From positions 198,650,001-198,714,000 of the forward strand of contig NC_086097.1 in the NCBI RefSeq assembly GCF_963921235.1: a stretch of 64,000 bases of DNA, read 5' to 3'. The translations under genes and the position numbers were made by a program. Below are positions 14,264-26,004 of this stretch, one piece after another. The stretch is from Mobula hypostoma. Its lineage: Eukaryota. The notes beneath the pieces are model-generated. The model was not told the origin of the DNA and did no database searches. It saw nothing but the letters and a program-made list of their open reading frames with translations. Numbering within the stretch: the stretch's first letter is position 1; each line of letters begins with the position of its first letter.

Positions 14264-15644
14264 TTGTCACTTTCTTGGTTTTGCACCTTAAGATCCTTCT
14301 GTGCATCAACGCTCATAAGGGCCCTGACATTCACTGTATACTTTAGTCTTGCAATTGACCTCCCAAAATGCAAGACTTGTTGGGATTAAATTCTATCTGC
14401 TATTTCTCTACCAATATTTCCAATTAGTCCATATGTTGTGATATCCTTTGACAATCTTCCTCACCATCCACTAGTCTGTCAATTTTTGTTACAATAAGTT
14501 TTGTGAGCTCCTACAGCAATCTAATAGTTCCATTGATATCACAATATATACCAGGATTAGGTATTAAATTACATGAATTTAAAGATCACTGATCCTGTAT
14601 AGATATTCAAGTTCCTTTCTCTGGATATATTGTGCAGGAATCTGCATCATAGTCCAATAACTTAACCATATGTTATAGCACACAGCTTCAGATCATTGCC
14701 CCTCACATCTTGCTTGGGTAGATTTCAGCTGAAGAGAGAAGAACTTGGACTTCGGACTCCATGGCCAGATAGCCCTGCCAACACACAGCAGTGGGTTCAC
14801 ACATGAAGAATGGCCATTAGTGTAAGACACTGGGTGGCAACCAGTGCTTGCAAAACCATGACCAGAATGACTCAGCATGTTGCAAAAAATAAGTTGAACA
14901 AGAGGAAAGATTTCCTTCAGAGCTATATAATTTCTCAGTAGTATATTGTTCAGCTCTGCAGTAATATGTCTCTAATCAATCAGTATTTCGTTTTCATTTC
15001 CATTGATTACTTGAGGTCCGAGTCTGAGATTGTTGAAAATTGCAAATGTCCAGATAATGTGAAGCATTTGCGTATGGATTGCATTTCTGTGCTCTCAAAT
15101 GAGATTTAAAATCTCTATTTTCTTAATTTAGAAAATGGGTATCTAAGGGTTGCACATAAAAATGACAGATGTTCCACTTTATGTAAGTAGAGGAAGTCAT
15201 AATCACAGTACCAAACTGGTGCCAATGCTTAAAAAGTAATAGTTCCCTCCATATTATGTGACACCATGGAAGATTAGTACAGATCAAACAAGAAAGCTCA
15301 GACATATCTGTAATAAATGTTCAGAATGCATTTGCTTTGGGCACTATTTATCACATTATTTTAAATGAGAGGTTTAATAACACTGCAATTTCATTCATAG
15401 ACTGAAATATAGCAGCAACAGGAATGAAGCAAAGAATGTAATTTAAAACATATTTTCTATGAGAACAGGATTTCATTGATAGCATATGCACAACTTCGAA
15501 GAAAAATAATTATATGTTTTGTGGTTGCAACAATCTTGGATGGACAATTAATTGTCCATCCACACCCTTGCATGATTTAAGGTTTATTTCATTTGTTAAA
15601 ATATATAATTTGATCCTGTTTTGTAAGAAAGCCGACAAACAAAA

Positions 15645-15830
15645 ACAGGAACAAGAGAAAATCTGCAGATGCTGGAAACATACAAAATGCTGGAGGAACT
15701 ATCTACAGGCAGCATCTCTGGAAAAGAGTAAACAGTCAATTTTTTGGGGCTGAGACCCTTCAATGGGTCTGGAGAAAAAAAGATGAGGAGTAAATTTAAA
15801 AGGTGGGGGGAGGAGAAAGAAAAACAGGAA
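15645..15830 (-). mobile_element. Penelope-like terminal fragment
   Basis: acaagagaaaatctgcagatgctgg...ggcagcatct motif shared with the other copies. Confidence 0.75.
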
Positions 15831-16189
15831 AATGATCTCTGCTTTTATCAGAAGCTTAAGTCATTGGTTCAGCACTACAAAAATGTTTATGTAAATGTGA
15901 CAATTTTTCACATTTCTTCAAAAAACCTATTCTTATGATTGAAAAACCATGATATGTAAATTTCATTGTACACATACTGTCCTATTCTACTTAGTAGGTA
16001 CTAAGGAAGTATTTCATTACCAAGTGTGTGTCATTCTCCCTCAGATTAATCTAAAAGATAACTTTCCACTCTTTTGATAGGAAATAGATGAGTTTCTCTG
16101 TTTATCCTTTGCTCAGTATCAGGAAAATAGATAACTTGTTAGTAGCATTTAGGAGTCATCCTTGGTATTAACAGATGATCCCTGTCATA

Positions 16190-17260
16190 ACCACAAGAAA
16201 TATTGCAGATGCTGGAAATCCAAAGCAACATACACAAAATACTGGAGGAACGTGGTAGGTCAGGCAGCATCAACCAGTTGCTGTTCGGGTTGAGACCCTT
16301 CATCCAGGACTGGAAAAGAAGGGGTAAGAATCCAGTATAAGAAAGTGAAAGGATGGGAGGAAGTACAAGCTGCCAGGTGAAGCCAGTTGAGGGGGAAGGC
16401 GGGTGGGTGGGGTTGGAGTGATGAAGTAAGAAGTTGGGGGGTGATAGGTGGAAGAGGTAAAGGGCTAAAGAAGAAGGAATATGAATGGAGCAGTCAGCTG
16501 ACCATGGGAGAAAGGGAAGGAGAAGGACTGCCAGAGGGAGGTGATGGGCAGGCGAAGAGAAGAAAAAGGGTACATGGGCAGCTAAAATGGGAAATGGGAA
16601 AAGAGAGAATGGATAGGAGGGAGACATTACTGGAAGCTAGAGAAATTATAGTTCATGCCATTAGATTGGATGTTAACCAGATAGAATATAAAGTGTTACT
16701 CCTTCAATCCGAGAGTGCCTTGACGTAATCATAGAGGAGGCCATGGACTAGCATGTCAAAAAGGGATTGGAAGGCAAATTGAAATGGGTGACAATGAAAA
16801 ATCCTACCTTTTGTGGCAGGTGGGGCAAAGATGTTCAATAAAGTGGACTTCCAATTTACACTGGGTCTCACCGATGTAGGGGAAGCCTCACTGGGAGCGA
16901 TGGATACGGTAGAACACTTCAACAGACTTGTAGGTGAAGTGTCACTCCATCTAGAAGAACTGTTGGTGGCCCGGAATGATAGTGAGGGAGAAGATGTAGG
17001 AGCAGGTGGAAGGGCACTTGTCCCACTTGCAGGGATAAATGCCAAGAGAGAGATGAGTGGGGAGGGACAAGCGGATAAGGGAGTCACATAAAGAGTGATC
17101 TTGGTGGAAGATGGCAGAAGTAATGGAGAATTATATGTTGGACACAGGGGCTTATGGGGTGGTACATAAGGATAAGTGAACCCTATCCCTATTATGGCAG
17201 TGGAAAGATAGGGTGAGGATGGATGTGCAGGAAATGAAGGAGATACGGTGAGGGCAGTCA
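16190..17260 (-). mobile_element. Decayed Penelope-like element 3' part (GIY-YIG region)
   Basis: Reverse-complement homology to 12800-13925 and 24900-25926. Confidence 0.8.
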
Positions 17261-18126
17261 CAGTGAACACAATTAGAAGTATTTCACTGTCTCTCAATCG
17301 ATGGACTGTCATGAAAGGAACATAAAACACACTTTCTAAATACTGTACTCGCTCTAATATCACAAAAACAGACAATATAATTACTATCATATTGGTATTT
17401 GTGGGAGCTTGCTATATGCAATGTAACTATTACATTTTCTACATTACAGTAGCAATTATATACTTTATAAATACGTAATTAGATGTAAATTGTATTGGTA
17501 TGGCCCAAGGCTGTGAAAGACATAATATAAATAAGTTTTTCTTTATGTTGTATTCCTTGAGATGTAGCAGTTTCTAAGATGGTCTTTATAATGCAGCATT
17601 CAAGCATCCAGAACTCCATGGGATGTAATGACATGATTCTTTGCAAATATTTATTGATCTTCAGAATGAAAGATGCTTGAATTCTGTTTTCGACTTTGTT
17701 TGGGACTGCACACTTCCATCAGGACACACAGCTTGACATTTTAAGTACTAAAATTGGAGCATATGTAGATTTATTCTAGATGTAATACATTTAAAATTAG
17801 ATTTTGATGTTGTATTAGCAAAGAATCCAATATATTACAGTTTGTGTTTGGTGGTCTAACATATAGGAAAGCACACTAAGAACTGAACAACGGAACTCCA
17901 TAGTGCAAAATATGAGTTCACTATACCTATGCTCCTCACTTACATTTTCTGCTCTGGCAGAGGAATTGTACACAATGGGTGGGGTGAAGTGGGATGGGGA
18001 GAGATCAGTATAGTGGGCTGAGTGACCAGCGCTGACCTTCTGCTTCGCAAGAAGCATTGAACAATTAGCAATGCTCTTGTATATAATATGCATCTGTTTA
18101 AAATGCACCTCCAAATAGATCAAATT

Positions 18127-18777
18127 AGGAGGGAGGAGAAGATGGCAGTATGACGCAGCGTGCACGGCCGTTCCAAATGAATATCGTATGTGTAACTAGG
18201 GGGGCCATGCACAATCCGGATTTGACGGAAACAGCCGTGAGAAGCACGGAGGAACACCTGGAGTAACTTCTGAAATGCCTGCTTCGCTGCCGCTGCTACT
18301 GTGCGATTGAGAATTTTTTGGAGACAAAGGACCCAAATCCTCGGCTTTGCCTATTGCTTGTTGCCGGGGCCGGGGTCGAAGCGCTCGGCAGAGATGGTGC
18401 TCGGTGCTCAGTGTCAGAGAGGTGGTCGGAGGCTTGGAGTTTTCAGACGGACACGGAGTCGGACTGTAGTCGGACGCTTCCAGGATGCTGCATTGGCAAG
18501 TTGGCGGCGCTGGAGGTTTACCGTCTGCGTGAGATGATGAGACTTTCGAGAGACTTTGAGACTTCACAGTGCCATGGTCTGTTCTTATCAAATTGCGGTA
18601 TTGCTTTGCACTGTTGTAACTATATGTTATAATTATGTGGTTTTTGTTAGTTTTTAAGTTGGTTTGTCACGTGTTTTTGTGATATCATTCTGGAAAAACA
18701 TTGTATCATTTCTTAATGCATGCATTACTAAATGACAATAAAAGAGGACTGCATGTCCTCATACTCTAATCTAATCT
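18127..18777 (+). mobile_element. Non-autonomous CpG-rich retroposon (SINE-like, probably LINE-derived ends)
   Basis: Starts with an AAGATGGC motif; AATAAA followed by a (CTAAT)n tail; aaatt duplicated at 18122-18126 and 18778-18782; no credible ORF. Confidence 0.65.
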
Positions 18778-19179
18778 AAATTGTGCACATTCCTGCTCCC
18801 AGGTGCTGTACCCATTGCACATGTAATTTCCTTGTTGTAGTGTGCTCTCATTTCATTCCCTGTCTGACTGTATGCTATCTGCCTGGCTTTTGATGACTAG
18901 TTAGTGGAAATTTTACTAGCCATACTTGCATTCAGCTTTTCTTATAGAAGTTAACAGGTAGTACAGTTTAAGAACTTTTTGAGCTGGGGTTTATTAGTGG
19001 TACAGGATCTGCAAAGTTCCATGGACCATGGGTTGTAATATTATATTACCATGTCAATTGTTCCAGCACATTAAACTGAGTGCATGCTCCAGCATACAGG
19101 TGTTGGTTTAGCTGCACAAGGATGCCCTCTGCTGTGCATTTTATTGTAATTCCAATCTTTTGTGTACTTCCTTGAATCA

Positions 19180-19440
19180 GATTTTTAATTGCTGACTTAT
19201 ATTACAAGAAATTTGTTGTTTTAAGTCCACAGTGTGACAAAGACATAAAAATTGCTTTAACTTACAAAAATAAATAAATAGTCCAAAAAAAAGGAAAAAT
19301 GAGGTTCATGGGCTCATGGACTGTTCAGAAACCTGGTGGTGGAGGGGAAGAAGCTGTTCCTAAATTGTTGAGTGCGTGTCTTCAGGCTCCTGTATCACCA
19401 CCCTACTGGTAGTAACAAAAAGAGGGCATGTTCCAGCTTT
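19180..19440 (-). mobile_element. Rex-type LINE 3' fragment
   Basis: ggggaagaagctgttcc...caggctcctgta motif shared with the other Rex copies. Confidence 0.6.
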
Positions 19441-20819
19441 TGAGGATTCAAGAGAATATGTTTAAATTATTTATTATTAACTGCAGATTGTCTTTATACA
19501 CAGACTCATAAATGCAATATTATGAATCTGTTATTACACTGGCCTGTAACATGCATCTTAGAGAAACAATAAAAATAATCTTGACCCAAATAGATGTCAA
19601 CAGAATTAACAGCCAATGCTTATGTATGTGAAAATTGTATTCAGTTTAATCCCTTCATAATTTTCCAAGCACTCGCAGAATATTAAATTTAGATAATAGT
19701 AGTAGTTTGCATTTTAATGAGAATTTTCATTTTTCAATTTTTACTGCTGCATAAATTACTGGCAAATATTCATGATATAAATAGAAAGTAAAACCCTTGC
19801 TAATGTTGGATCCCTTGTAATTATACTGCAGCTTTATATTGTATGAGGGCTATAGGGCTTGCATTTTGCTCCTTTGTTTTCCAAGTTGTGAAACAAACAA
19901 AGATATTAATGAAATGCAGTTAAGGCAAGCAGCAGCTTTCCTGGCCATTTCAACTCAGCATTCTATTGAGGATACTCAAATACAGGCTACAATAGGTAGC
20001 TGACAGTAAATTGTGCTGAGGGTAGGCTTCAGGCTGAGAGATCTCAAGACTCTGTTAGCAATCAAAGGTGAATTTTTAAAAATTTGTTTCTCACTGAGTA
20101 ATTCTTTGGAATATTAAGGTCTTCAAGCACTATGATATACAGTAGTTGTCATCCCTAACACAAAAATATTTCTCCCACTGTGCACCAGAAATATTTATCA
20201 CAAAATAGTGAAGAAATCTGAGAGACAAAAAGTTTCAGCTCTTTAATTATTATGGCTTGAAGAGAGCTTTTAAGAAAATGAAAGAAATATCACCATGAAG
20301 AACTACAAAGTCAAATGAGTCAAGTGAAATTATCAAGCTCAAGCTGACATACCAAAGACATGCCAGTGGAGTTCAGATAAAGGTAGGTATACACTTAAGA
20401 ACAAGACCAGGAAAAAGCAAACATTGCTTTTTCAACATGTTTCATCATTCAAAAGATTGTGGCTGATCTGATTATTAGCCTCAACCTGAATTGTTTGTGT
20501 CCAAATCCTCACCTCAAAAAACTCAATATCTATTCCACAAAATGATAAATGTTAAAAATAGTATTTTAATGTTTTAGTGTTGTTGTCTATTAAATACAGC
20601 ACACAATAAAAATACCAGACAATGACCTTGCCTAATAATCAACTTCTTAACTAATCATGGTTGTTTTACATACCTCAGAGGTTTACTACATAGTTTCAAA
20701 TAGTCATTCTTTTAATGTTATACAACGCTTTAGTTTACTTTCACAAATTCCAAAACTTACAACTTATATACAGATATTTCTATTACTGATTAAACTGGCT
20801 ACAGCCTGATCTTGGTGAG

Positions 20820-21313
20820 TGTCAGGACGCTGGAGCAGGGATCCAATCGCAGACCCAGTACTCTGCACACAGTGATATTAATTGAATAACAAATCCTGAG
20901 ATACAAACGAAGTCAGCATCAAAGTTCAGGCAGAGATCAAAACATCCAGAGAAATCCAAAAAACAGAATCGGGAAAGAGGCAGAGTCAGTAGTCAGACGG
21001 ACAGAGTACCAATATGAGTGCTGGAAAGGCTCAGGAAAATTCACTGGCACAATCTGGCAACAAACAGCTGAAAGCACAGGACTGAAATACACTGAGCAAT
21101 AAACAGAGAGGCAGATGATAGGTGGAGCACAGTGAGACACAGGTGGCAGCAACACAGGTAATAATGAGAAACAGGTGAGAGACGGAGTACTCAGTAATAC
21201 AGGGGCCAGAGTAGAACAGGAGTGGAGACAGGAGCACATGGCAATACAAAACCACAGATTGACAGCTAGGGGAAAACACATAAAAAGACAGAGTTCAACT
21301 GCAGGTACTGACA
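20820..21313. mobile_element. Solo LTR (494 bp)
   Basis: Ends TGTCAG...CTGACA; 5-bp TSD gtgag at 20815-20819 and 21314-21318; absent from the paralogous LTR. Confidence 0.9.
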
Positions 21314-21506
21314 GTGAGTTCTTCAGTGGTTGGTCTCCAGAGACATTGCTGTAGGTCATCCTATAAGGCAACTTTTAGTACATTTCTTCACGTACCTCCC
21401 AACTATTGTATAAGTCATTATTGCCTTTACACAAACTGAGTTCTGATCCTTATTTATATGAGCATGGGTTTCCTTAACTTCTTCAAATTGCAGATGGTGC
21501 CATCCT

Positions 21507-22401
21507 GAATTGAATTGAATTACTTACATCCTTCACATACAAGAAGTAAAAATCTTTATGTTATGTCTCCTTCTAAATGTGCAATGTGCAATTTATAATA
21601 ATTTATAATAAATAGTATGTACAACCAGACAGTCATAGAAATATAATTGTATCAGTGTGAATTAATCAGTCTGATGGCCTGATGGAAGAAGCTGTCCCGG
21701 AGCCTGTTGATCCTGGCTTTTATGCTGCGGTAATGTTTTCCAGATGGTAGCAGCTGGAACAGTTTGTGGGTGGGGTGACTCAGGTTCTCAATGATCCTTC
21801 GGGCCCTTTTTACGCACCTGTCTTTGTAAATGTCCTGAATAGTGGGAAGATCATATCTACAGATGCGCTGGGCTGTCCGCACCACTCTCTGCAGAGTCCT
21901 GTGATTGAGGGAAATACAGTCCCCATACAAGGCAGCGATGTAGTCAGTCAGGATGCTCTCAATTGTGCCCCTCTAGAAAATCCTCAGGACTTGGGGACCC
22001 ATACCAAACTTCTTCACCTGTCTGAGGTAAAAGAGGTGCTGTAGTGCTTTTCTCACCACACAGCTGGTATGTACAGACCACGTGAGATCCTCGGTGATGT
22101 GTATGCTGAGGAACTTAAAGCTGTTCATCTTTTCAACCCCAGATCGATTGATGTTAATAGGGGTCAGCCTGTCTCCATTCCTCCTGTAGGCCACAACCAG
22201 CTCCTTTGTTTTTGCGACATTGAGGGAGGAGTTATTCTCTTGACACCACTGTGTCAGGATGATGACTTCCTCCCTGTAGGCTGCCTCGTAATTATTTGAG
22301 ATTACGCCAATGAATGTAATATCATCAGCAAATTAAATTAGCAGATTGGAGCTGTGGGTGGCGACACAGTCATGGGTATACAGAGAGTATACAGGGGGTA
22401 A
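21507..22401 (-). mobile_element. Rex1/Babar-type LINE, 5'-truncated
   Basis: RT C-terminal ORFs 21652-21930 and 21973-22194 (LLPSGKHYRSI); (gaatt)n tail; TSD atcct at 21502-21506 and 22402-22406; empty site seen at about 41000. Confidence 0.9.
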
Positions 22402-22722
22402 ATCCTACAAATACTTTGACCATTTGTTTCCTAAATTATCAGAATATTTGTGTGAGATTTGTCCTTTCCTATAGGATGTCACCTCCCAAACACATCTCAC
22501 TGCTTATCTTGTCATCCAGATAGCTCACAGTGGGATGTTAATGATGGGATAGTCCACAGGGCTGTAAAGCTGTCTCAGATATGTTCTCAGTTGAGACTGA
22601 CCAGCCACTGATTACATGACCTTTCTTCACTGTGCCCTTTTGTTCTGTGGTTTCCAACATAGCAGCAGAGTGTCCTTCCAAAGCCTGATGGGATACTTCA
22701 CAATCCCCCTGGCTGTTACAGT

Positions 22723-22734
22723 CCTCTCTTTTTC
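22723..22734 (-). other. Polypurine tract of the provirus
   Basis: Minus strand GAAAAAGAGAGG-AC-TGTAAC, directly before the 3' LTR. Confidence 0.7.
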
Positions 22735-23805
22735 ACCAATGATCAACATAATAACACCATAAGGCCATAAGTCATAGGAGCAGAATTAGGCCATTTGGCC
22801 CATTGAGTCTGCTCCACCATTCAATCATGGCTGATCCTTTTTTTACCCCTCCTCAACCCCATTTCCAGACCTTCTCCCCGTAATCTTGGATGCCATGTCC
22901 AGTTAAGAACCTATCAATTTCTGCCTTAAATACACCCAATGACCTGACCTCCACAGCTGCACATGACAACAAATTCCACAAATTCACCTCTGCCTAAAGA
23001 AATTTCTCCACACTTCTGTTTGAATGGATGCCCCTCTATCCTGAAGCTGTGCCCTCTTGTCCTAATCTCTCCCACCATGGGAAACATCTACATCTACTTG
23101 AAAGGTTTCAATGAGATCCCCTCTCATCCCTCTAAATTCTAGTGAGTACAGACCGAGAGCCATCAAACGTTTCTCATATGATAACCCTTTCATTCCTGGA
23201 ATCATCCTTGTGAACTTCCTCTGGACCCTCTCCAATACCAGCACATCTCTTCTAAGATGAGGAGCTCAAAACTGTACACAATACTCAAAGTGAGGCCTCA
23301 CCAGTGCCTTATAAAGCCTCAGCATCACATCCTTGCTCTTGTATTCTAGACTTCTTGAAATGAATGTTAACATTGCATTTGCCTTCCTCACCAGTCTCAA
23401 CCTGCAAGTTAGCCTTTAGGGTGTTCTGCAAGTCCCAAGCCCCTTCGCATCTCAGATTTTTAGATTTTCTCCCCATTTAGAAAATAGTCTGCACATTTAT
23501 TTCTACTACCAAAGTGCATGACCATGCATTTTCCAACATTGTATTTCATTTGCCACTTTCTTGCCCGTGCTCTTAATCTGTCTAAGTCCTTCTGCATCCT
23601 ACCTGTTTACTGCACTCTACCTGCCCCTCCACCAATCTTCGTATCATCTGCAAACTTGGCAACAAAGCCGTCTATTTCATCATCTAAGTCATTTGTATTA
23701 CTTTTTATAAAATAAAACCGAAGTCATAAAATGAAGTGGTCCCAACACCAACCCCTGTGGAACATCACTAGTCACTGGCAGCCAACCAGACAAGGCTCCT
23801 TTTAT

Positions 23806-25926
23806 CGCGGATACCTCCTCTTATTTACCCCTCGATCGTGACCCCACTAAGGAGCACCAGGCCATTGTCTCCCACACCATCACCGACTTTATCCGCTCAG
23901 GGGATCTCCCATCCACTGCTACCAACCTTATAGTTCCCACACCCCGCACTTCCCGTTTCTACCTCCTACCCAAGATCCACAAACCTGCCTGTCCTGGCCG
24001 ACCTATTGTCTCAGCTTGCTCCTGCCCCACCGAACTCGTTTCTGCATACCTCGACACTGTTTTATCACCCCTTGTTCAATCCCTTCCGACCTATGTTCGT
24101 GACACTTCTCACGCTCTTAAACTTTTCGATGATTTTAAGTTCCCTGGCCCCCACCGCTTTATTTTCACCATGGATGTCCAGTCCTTATATACTTCCATCC
24201 CCCATCAGGAAGGTCTCAAAGCTCTACGCTTCTTTTTGGATTCCAGACCTAATCAGTTCCCCTCTATCACCACTCTGCTCCGTCTAGCGGAATTAGTCCT
24301 TACTCTTAATAATTTCTCCTTTTGCTCCTCCCATTTCCTCCAAACTAAAGGTGTAGCTATGGGCACCCGTATGGGTCCTAGCTATGCCTGCCTTTTTGTT
24401 GGGTTTGTGGAACAATCTATGTTCTGTGCCTATTCTGGTATCTGTCCCCCACTTTTCCTTCGCTACATCGACGACTGCATTGGCGCTGCTTCCTGCACGC
24501 ATGCAGAACTCGTTGACTTTATTAACTTTGCCTCCAACTTTCACCCTGCCCTCAAGTTTACCTGGTCCATTTCCGACACCTCCCTCCCCTTTCTAGATCT
24601 TTCTGTCTCTGTCTCTGGAGACAGCTTATCCACTGATGTCGACTATAAGCCTACTGACTCTCACAGCTATCTGGACTATTCCTCTTCTCACCCTGTCTCT
24701 TGCAAAAACGCCATCCCCTTCTCGCAATTCCTCTGTCTCCGCCGCATCTGCTCTCAGGATGAGGCTTTTCATTCTAGGACGAGGGAGATGTCTTCATTTT
24801 TTAAAAAAAGGGGCTTCCCTTCCTCCACTATCAACTCTGCTCTTAAACGCATCTCCCCCATTTCACGTACATCTGCTCTCACTCCATCCTCCCACCACCC
24901 CACTAGGAATAGGGTTCCCCTGGTCCTCACCTACCCACCTACCACCCCACCAGCCTCCGGGTCCAACATATTATTCTCCGTAACTTCCGCCACCTCCAAC
25001 GGGATCCCACCACTAAGCACATCTTTCCCTCCCCCCCTCTCTCTGCATTCCGCAGGGATCGCTCCCTACACAACTCCCTTGTCCATTCGTCCCCCCCATC
25101 CCTCCCCACTGATCTTCCTCCTGGCACTTATCCGTGTAAGCGGAACAAGTGCTACACATGCCCATACACTTCCTCCCTTACCACCATTCAGGGCCCCAAA
25201 CAGTCCTTCCAGGTGAGGCATCACTTCACCTGTGAGTCGACTGGGGTGATATACTGCGTCCGGTGCTCCCGATGTGGCCTTTTATATATTGGTGAGACCC
25301 GACGCAGACTGGGAGACCGCTTTGCTGAACATCTACGCTCTGTCCGCCAGAGAAAGCAGGATCTCCCAGCGGCCACACAATTTAATTCCACATCCCATTC
25401 CCATTCTGACATGTCTATCCATGGCCTCCTCTACTGTAAAGATGAAGCCACACTCAGGTTGGAGGAACAACACCTTATATTCCGTCTGGGTAGCCTCCAA
25501 CCTGATGGCATGAACATCGACTTCTCTAACTTCCGCTAAGGCCCCACCTCCCCCTCGTACCCCATCTGTTACTCATTTTTATGCACACATTCTTTCTCTC
25601 ACTCTCCTTTTTCTCCCTCTGTCCCTCTGAATATACCTCTTGCCCATCCTCTGGGTCACCCCCCCTTGTCTTTCTTCCCGGACCTCCTGTCCCATGATCC
25701 TCTCGTATCCCCTTTTGCCTATCACCTGTCCAGCTCTCGGCTCTATCCCTCCCCCTCCTGTCTTCTCCTATCATTTTGCATCTCCCCCTCCCCCTCCAGC
25801 TTTCAAATCCCTTACTCACTCTTCCTTCAGTTAGTCCTGACGAAGGGTCTCGGCCTGAAACGTCGACTGTACCTCTTCCTAGAGATGCTGCCTGGCCTGC
25901 TGCGTTCACCAGCAACTTTGATGTAT
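23806..25926 (+). mobile_element. Young Penelope-like element (Neptune-type), 5'-truncated: RT plus GIY-YIG
   Basis: Open frame from 23807 (FYLLPKIHK..GRPIVS, DVQSLYTSI, GVAMG, RYIDD); Cys linker CKRNKCYTC; GIY-YIG ORF 25213-25539; 14-bp TSD aaggctccttttat at 23792-23805 and 25927-25940. Confidence 0.95.
25833..25868 (+). ncRNA. Minimal type I hammerhead ribozyme motif
   Basis: agtc-CTGACGA-a-gggt(ctcg)gcct-GAAA-cg-TC-gact: stem I, conserved core, stem II, and palindromic ACGT in place of stem III. Confidence 0.75.
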
Positions 25927-26004
25927 AAGGCTCCTTTTATTCCCATTTGCTGCCTTCTTCCCATCAGCCAATGCTCTAACCATGTTAGTAACTTTTCTGC
26001 AATA

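Larger units (their letters stand above)
12385..14490 (-). mobile_element. Decayed CR1 3' fragment hosting two Penelope-like insertions
   Basis: Tail at about 12385; KAYGMLAFIS..QLYKTLV..LE in ORF 13827-14222; MHFGRS at 14373. Confidence 0.75.
20581..22720 (-). repeat. 3' LTR of the provirus (~740 bp native; interrupted at 20820-21313 and 21507-22401)
   Basis: Minus strand TGTAAC...AACA; TATAAATA at 21451-21458; ATTAAA at 20711-20716; colinear with 35572-35985 plus 40995-41339. Confidence 0.8.

Noticed and set aside
21320..21460. Similar peptides in the two duplicated segments (LCKGNNDLYNSWEV vs LCKGNEDLSNNWEV), suggesting a duplicated exon
   Set aside because: Stops and indels in both copies; TG/CA ends, PBS and PPT explain them as LTRs
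24928..24943. 8-bp duplication as a hAT excision footprint
   Set aside because: Lacks the central TA of Buster targets and lies in C-rich slippage-prone sequence
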